A stretch of 53,534 nt of DNA, from assembly GCA_002728255.1 (NCBI GenBank), contig PBWV01000024.1:11923-65456 (forward strand). The letters are read 5' to 3'. The translations under genes were made by a program, and so were the position numbers. Below the pieces are notes generated by a model. That model saw only the letters and a list, made by a program, of their open reading frames with translations, had not been told where the DNA came from and ran no database searches. The stretch is from Rhodospirillaceae bacterium. GTDB taxonomy: Bacteria; Pseudomonadota; Alphaproteobacteria; UBA7887. Positions 52,401-53,534 of the stretch are shown one piece after another (the stretch's first letter is position 1; each line of letters starts with the position of its first letter).

Positions 52401-53228
52401 ATGGATATCGGGGTATATTTCTTTTCAACGGCTTACTCTATTGGAATAGAGGAGTTAGCAGTAGAGCTGGAAGAGCGTGGCTTCGAATCTATGCTGATCC
52501 CTGAGCATACTCATATCCCGGCGAGTCGCAGGACACCTTGGCCGGGAGGGGGTGACTTGCCTAAGGAGTATTACAATACCTATGACCCATTTGTTGCGCT
52601 TTCCTTTGCCGCGGCGGCTACAAAAAGGCTAAAAATTGGAACAGGAATATGTCTGCTTCCCCAGAGAGATCCGATAGTCACAGCTAAATCTGTAGCAAGT
52701 CTGGATGAACTTTCCGGCGGTCGAGTAATTTTTGGTATCGGTGGTGGCTGGAATGTAGATGAGATGGAGAACCATGGTGCCAAATATTCCAGCCGATTTA
52801 AGCTGTTGCGTGAGAATGTCTTGGCGATGAAGCAATTATGGACAGAGGAACAGGCCGAGTTCCATGGGGAATTCGTTGACTTTGATCCTGCATTTTGTTG
52901 GCCAAAGCCGCTACAGACACCGCATCCACCGATAATTTTGGGGGGAGAAACAGATTACACCTTGAAACGGGTTGTCGAATTTTGTGATGGGTGGCTTCCT
53001 CGTCCGCGTGCCGATATAAAAGATGGAATGAAACGTTTGCGCCGTATTGCTGATGAGGGAGAGAGAGATTTAGAAACTATCTCTGTGACAGTATTTGGGG
53101 CGCCCCCGAAACTGGAGAAGTTGGAGCAATATAGGGAAATGGGAGTGAACCGGGCCTTGCTGCAAATCCCGACGCAAGACAGAGAGTCGTGTCTAAGAGT
53201 ATTAGATAGTTATATGCCTTTATTGTAG
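52401..53228 (+). CDS. luciferase-like (LLM class) flavin/F420-dependent oxidoreductase
   Basis: Start ATG 52401 behind AGGAGG. FESMLIPEHTHIP, RLKIGTGICLLPQRDPI and GGRVIFGIGGGW blocks match the LLM family. Confidence 0.8.
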   Translation: MDIGVYFFSTAYSIGIEELAVELEERGFESMLIPEHTHIPASRRTPWPGGGDLPKEYYNTYDPFVALSFAAAATKRLKIGTGICLLPQRDPIVTAKSVASLDELSGGRVIFGIGGGWNVDEMENHGAKYSSRFKLLRENVLAMKQLWTEEQAEFHGEFVDFDPAFCWPKPLQTPHPPIILGGETDYTLKRVVEFCDGWLPRPRADIKDGMKRLRRIADEGERDLETISVTVFGAPPKLEKLEQYREMGVNRALLQIPTQDRESCLRVLDSYMPLL

Positions 53229-53231
53229 GGT

Positions 53232-53534
53232 CTAGTTCTTGTAACTGGGGTCTATCCTATCCAATTTGCGCCTCAGGGCGGCAAATTCTATCGTGCCCAT
53301 GCCATCTTCTGTTTCAAGCTCTGAGAATTGATCCATTTCCCGGCCGGATTTGTCTGCTATTTGGCCGGGTAAAATATTTAGGGTGCCAGCTGCGGAGGCA
53401 TCAAGTTGGATTTGGCATGCTCTTTCGAGGCGGTAGAGGCGAATAAACGTCTCGGCAACGCTTCCTCCAACAACGAGTAGCCCATGGTTTCGTAGAATCA
53501 TTGCTTTGTTTTCTCCGAGGTTTTCAAGAAGTCG
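53232..53534 (-). CDS. class II aldolase/adducin-domain protein (3' part; N-terminus beyond the window end)
   Basis: The reading frame is open to the window edge. The NHGLLVVGGSVAETF motif is typical of class II aldolases. Its stop lies 3 nt from the convergent LLM stop. Confidence 0.7.
   Translation of the reverse strand, partial: RLLENLGENKAMILRNHGLLVVGGSVAETFIRLYRLERACQIQLDASAAGTLNILPGQIADKSGREMDQFSELETEDGMGTIEFAALRRKLDRIDPSYKN

Noticed and set aside
1-53534. Search for CRISPR arrays, IS elements, integrases, tRNA/rRNA genes and phage or defence modules
   Set aside because: Intergenic spaces are too short and non-repetitive for arrays. No ORF resembles a transposase, integrase, Cas or restriction protein. 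I could not spot cloverleaf-like or rRNA-like sequence in the gaps by eye. A tRNAscan and Rfam run would be needed to confirm this.

Overview
This is a 53.5-kb chromosomal segment that looks like a marine heterotrophic proteobacterium; that assignment is a guess from gene content. It is densely coding: I call 47 CDS. I found no rRNA, tRNA, CRISPR array, transposase or integrase. Content is a mosaic of modules. (1) 0-14.4 kb holds periplasmic uptake and oxidation genes: a TRAP binding protein with dgoK/dgoA, a PQQ alcohol dehydrogenase, a Tat-exported Rieske protein, two tandem TRAP binding-protein paralogues with a flavoprotein, an MFS transporter and a bicupin. (2) 14.4-17.7 kb holds a 551-bp AT-rich spacer, then an unknown membrane-anchored protein and an MBOAT O-acyltransferase. 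(3) 17.8-27.4 kb holds a rhodanese, an SDR / ThDP enzyme / Baeyer-Villiger monooxygenase operon, and convergent to it a Tat-signal binding protein with two tandem GMC oxidoreductases. (4) 27.8-40.3 kb holds a glycan-assembly locus built from two convergent operons: a GT-C enzyme, two GT4-like enzymes, WecB, Wzx, a methyltransferase, a FemAB-like transferase, a CE4-like protein and two Wzy_C/O-antigen-ligase-like proteins. It has no priming transferase and no chain-length or export genes. (5) 40.4-53.5 kb holds a PhyH dioxygenase, a tyrosine-free SDR, a nitroreductase, a dienelactone hydrolase and an HD-only (p)ppGpp hydrolase. These are followed by a translationally coupled operon of TRAP DctQM, an amidohydrolase, a three-subunit molybdenum hydroxylase, CoxG and an LLM oxidoreductase. 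The candidates I rank highest for novelty are the atypical glycan locus, the MBOAT with an unrecognised partner, the PQQ dehydrogenase with a lanthanide-type DxD site but no Cys-Cys ring or cytochrome partner, and the two catabolic operons of unknown substrate. All functional calls rest on motif recognition by eye; no database search was run.
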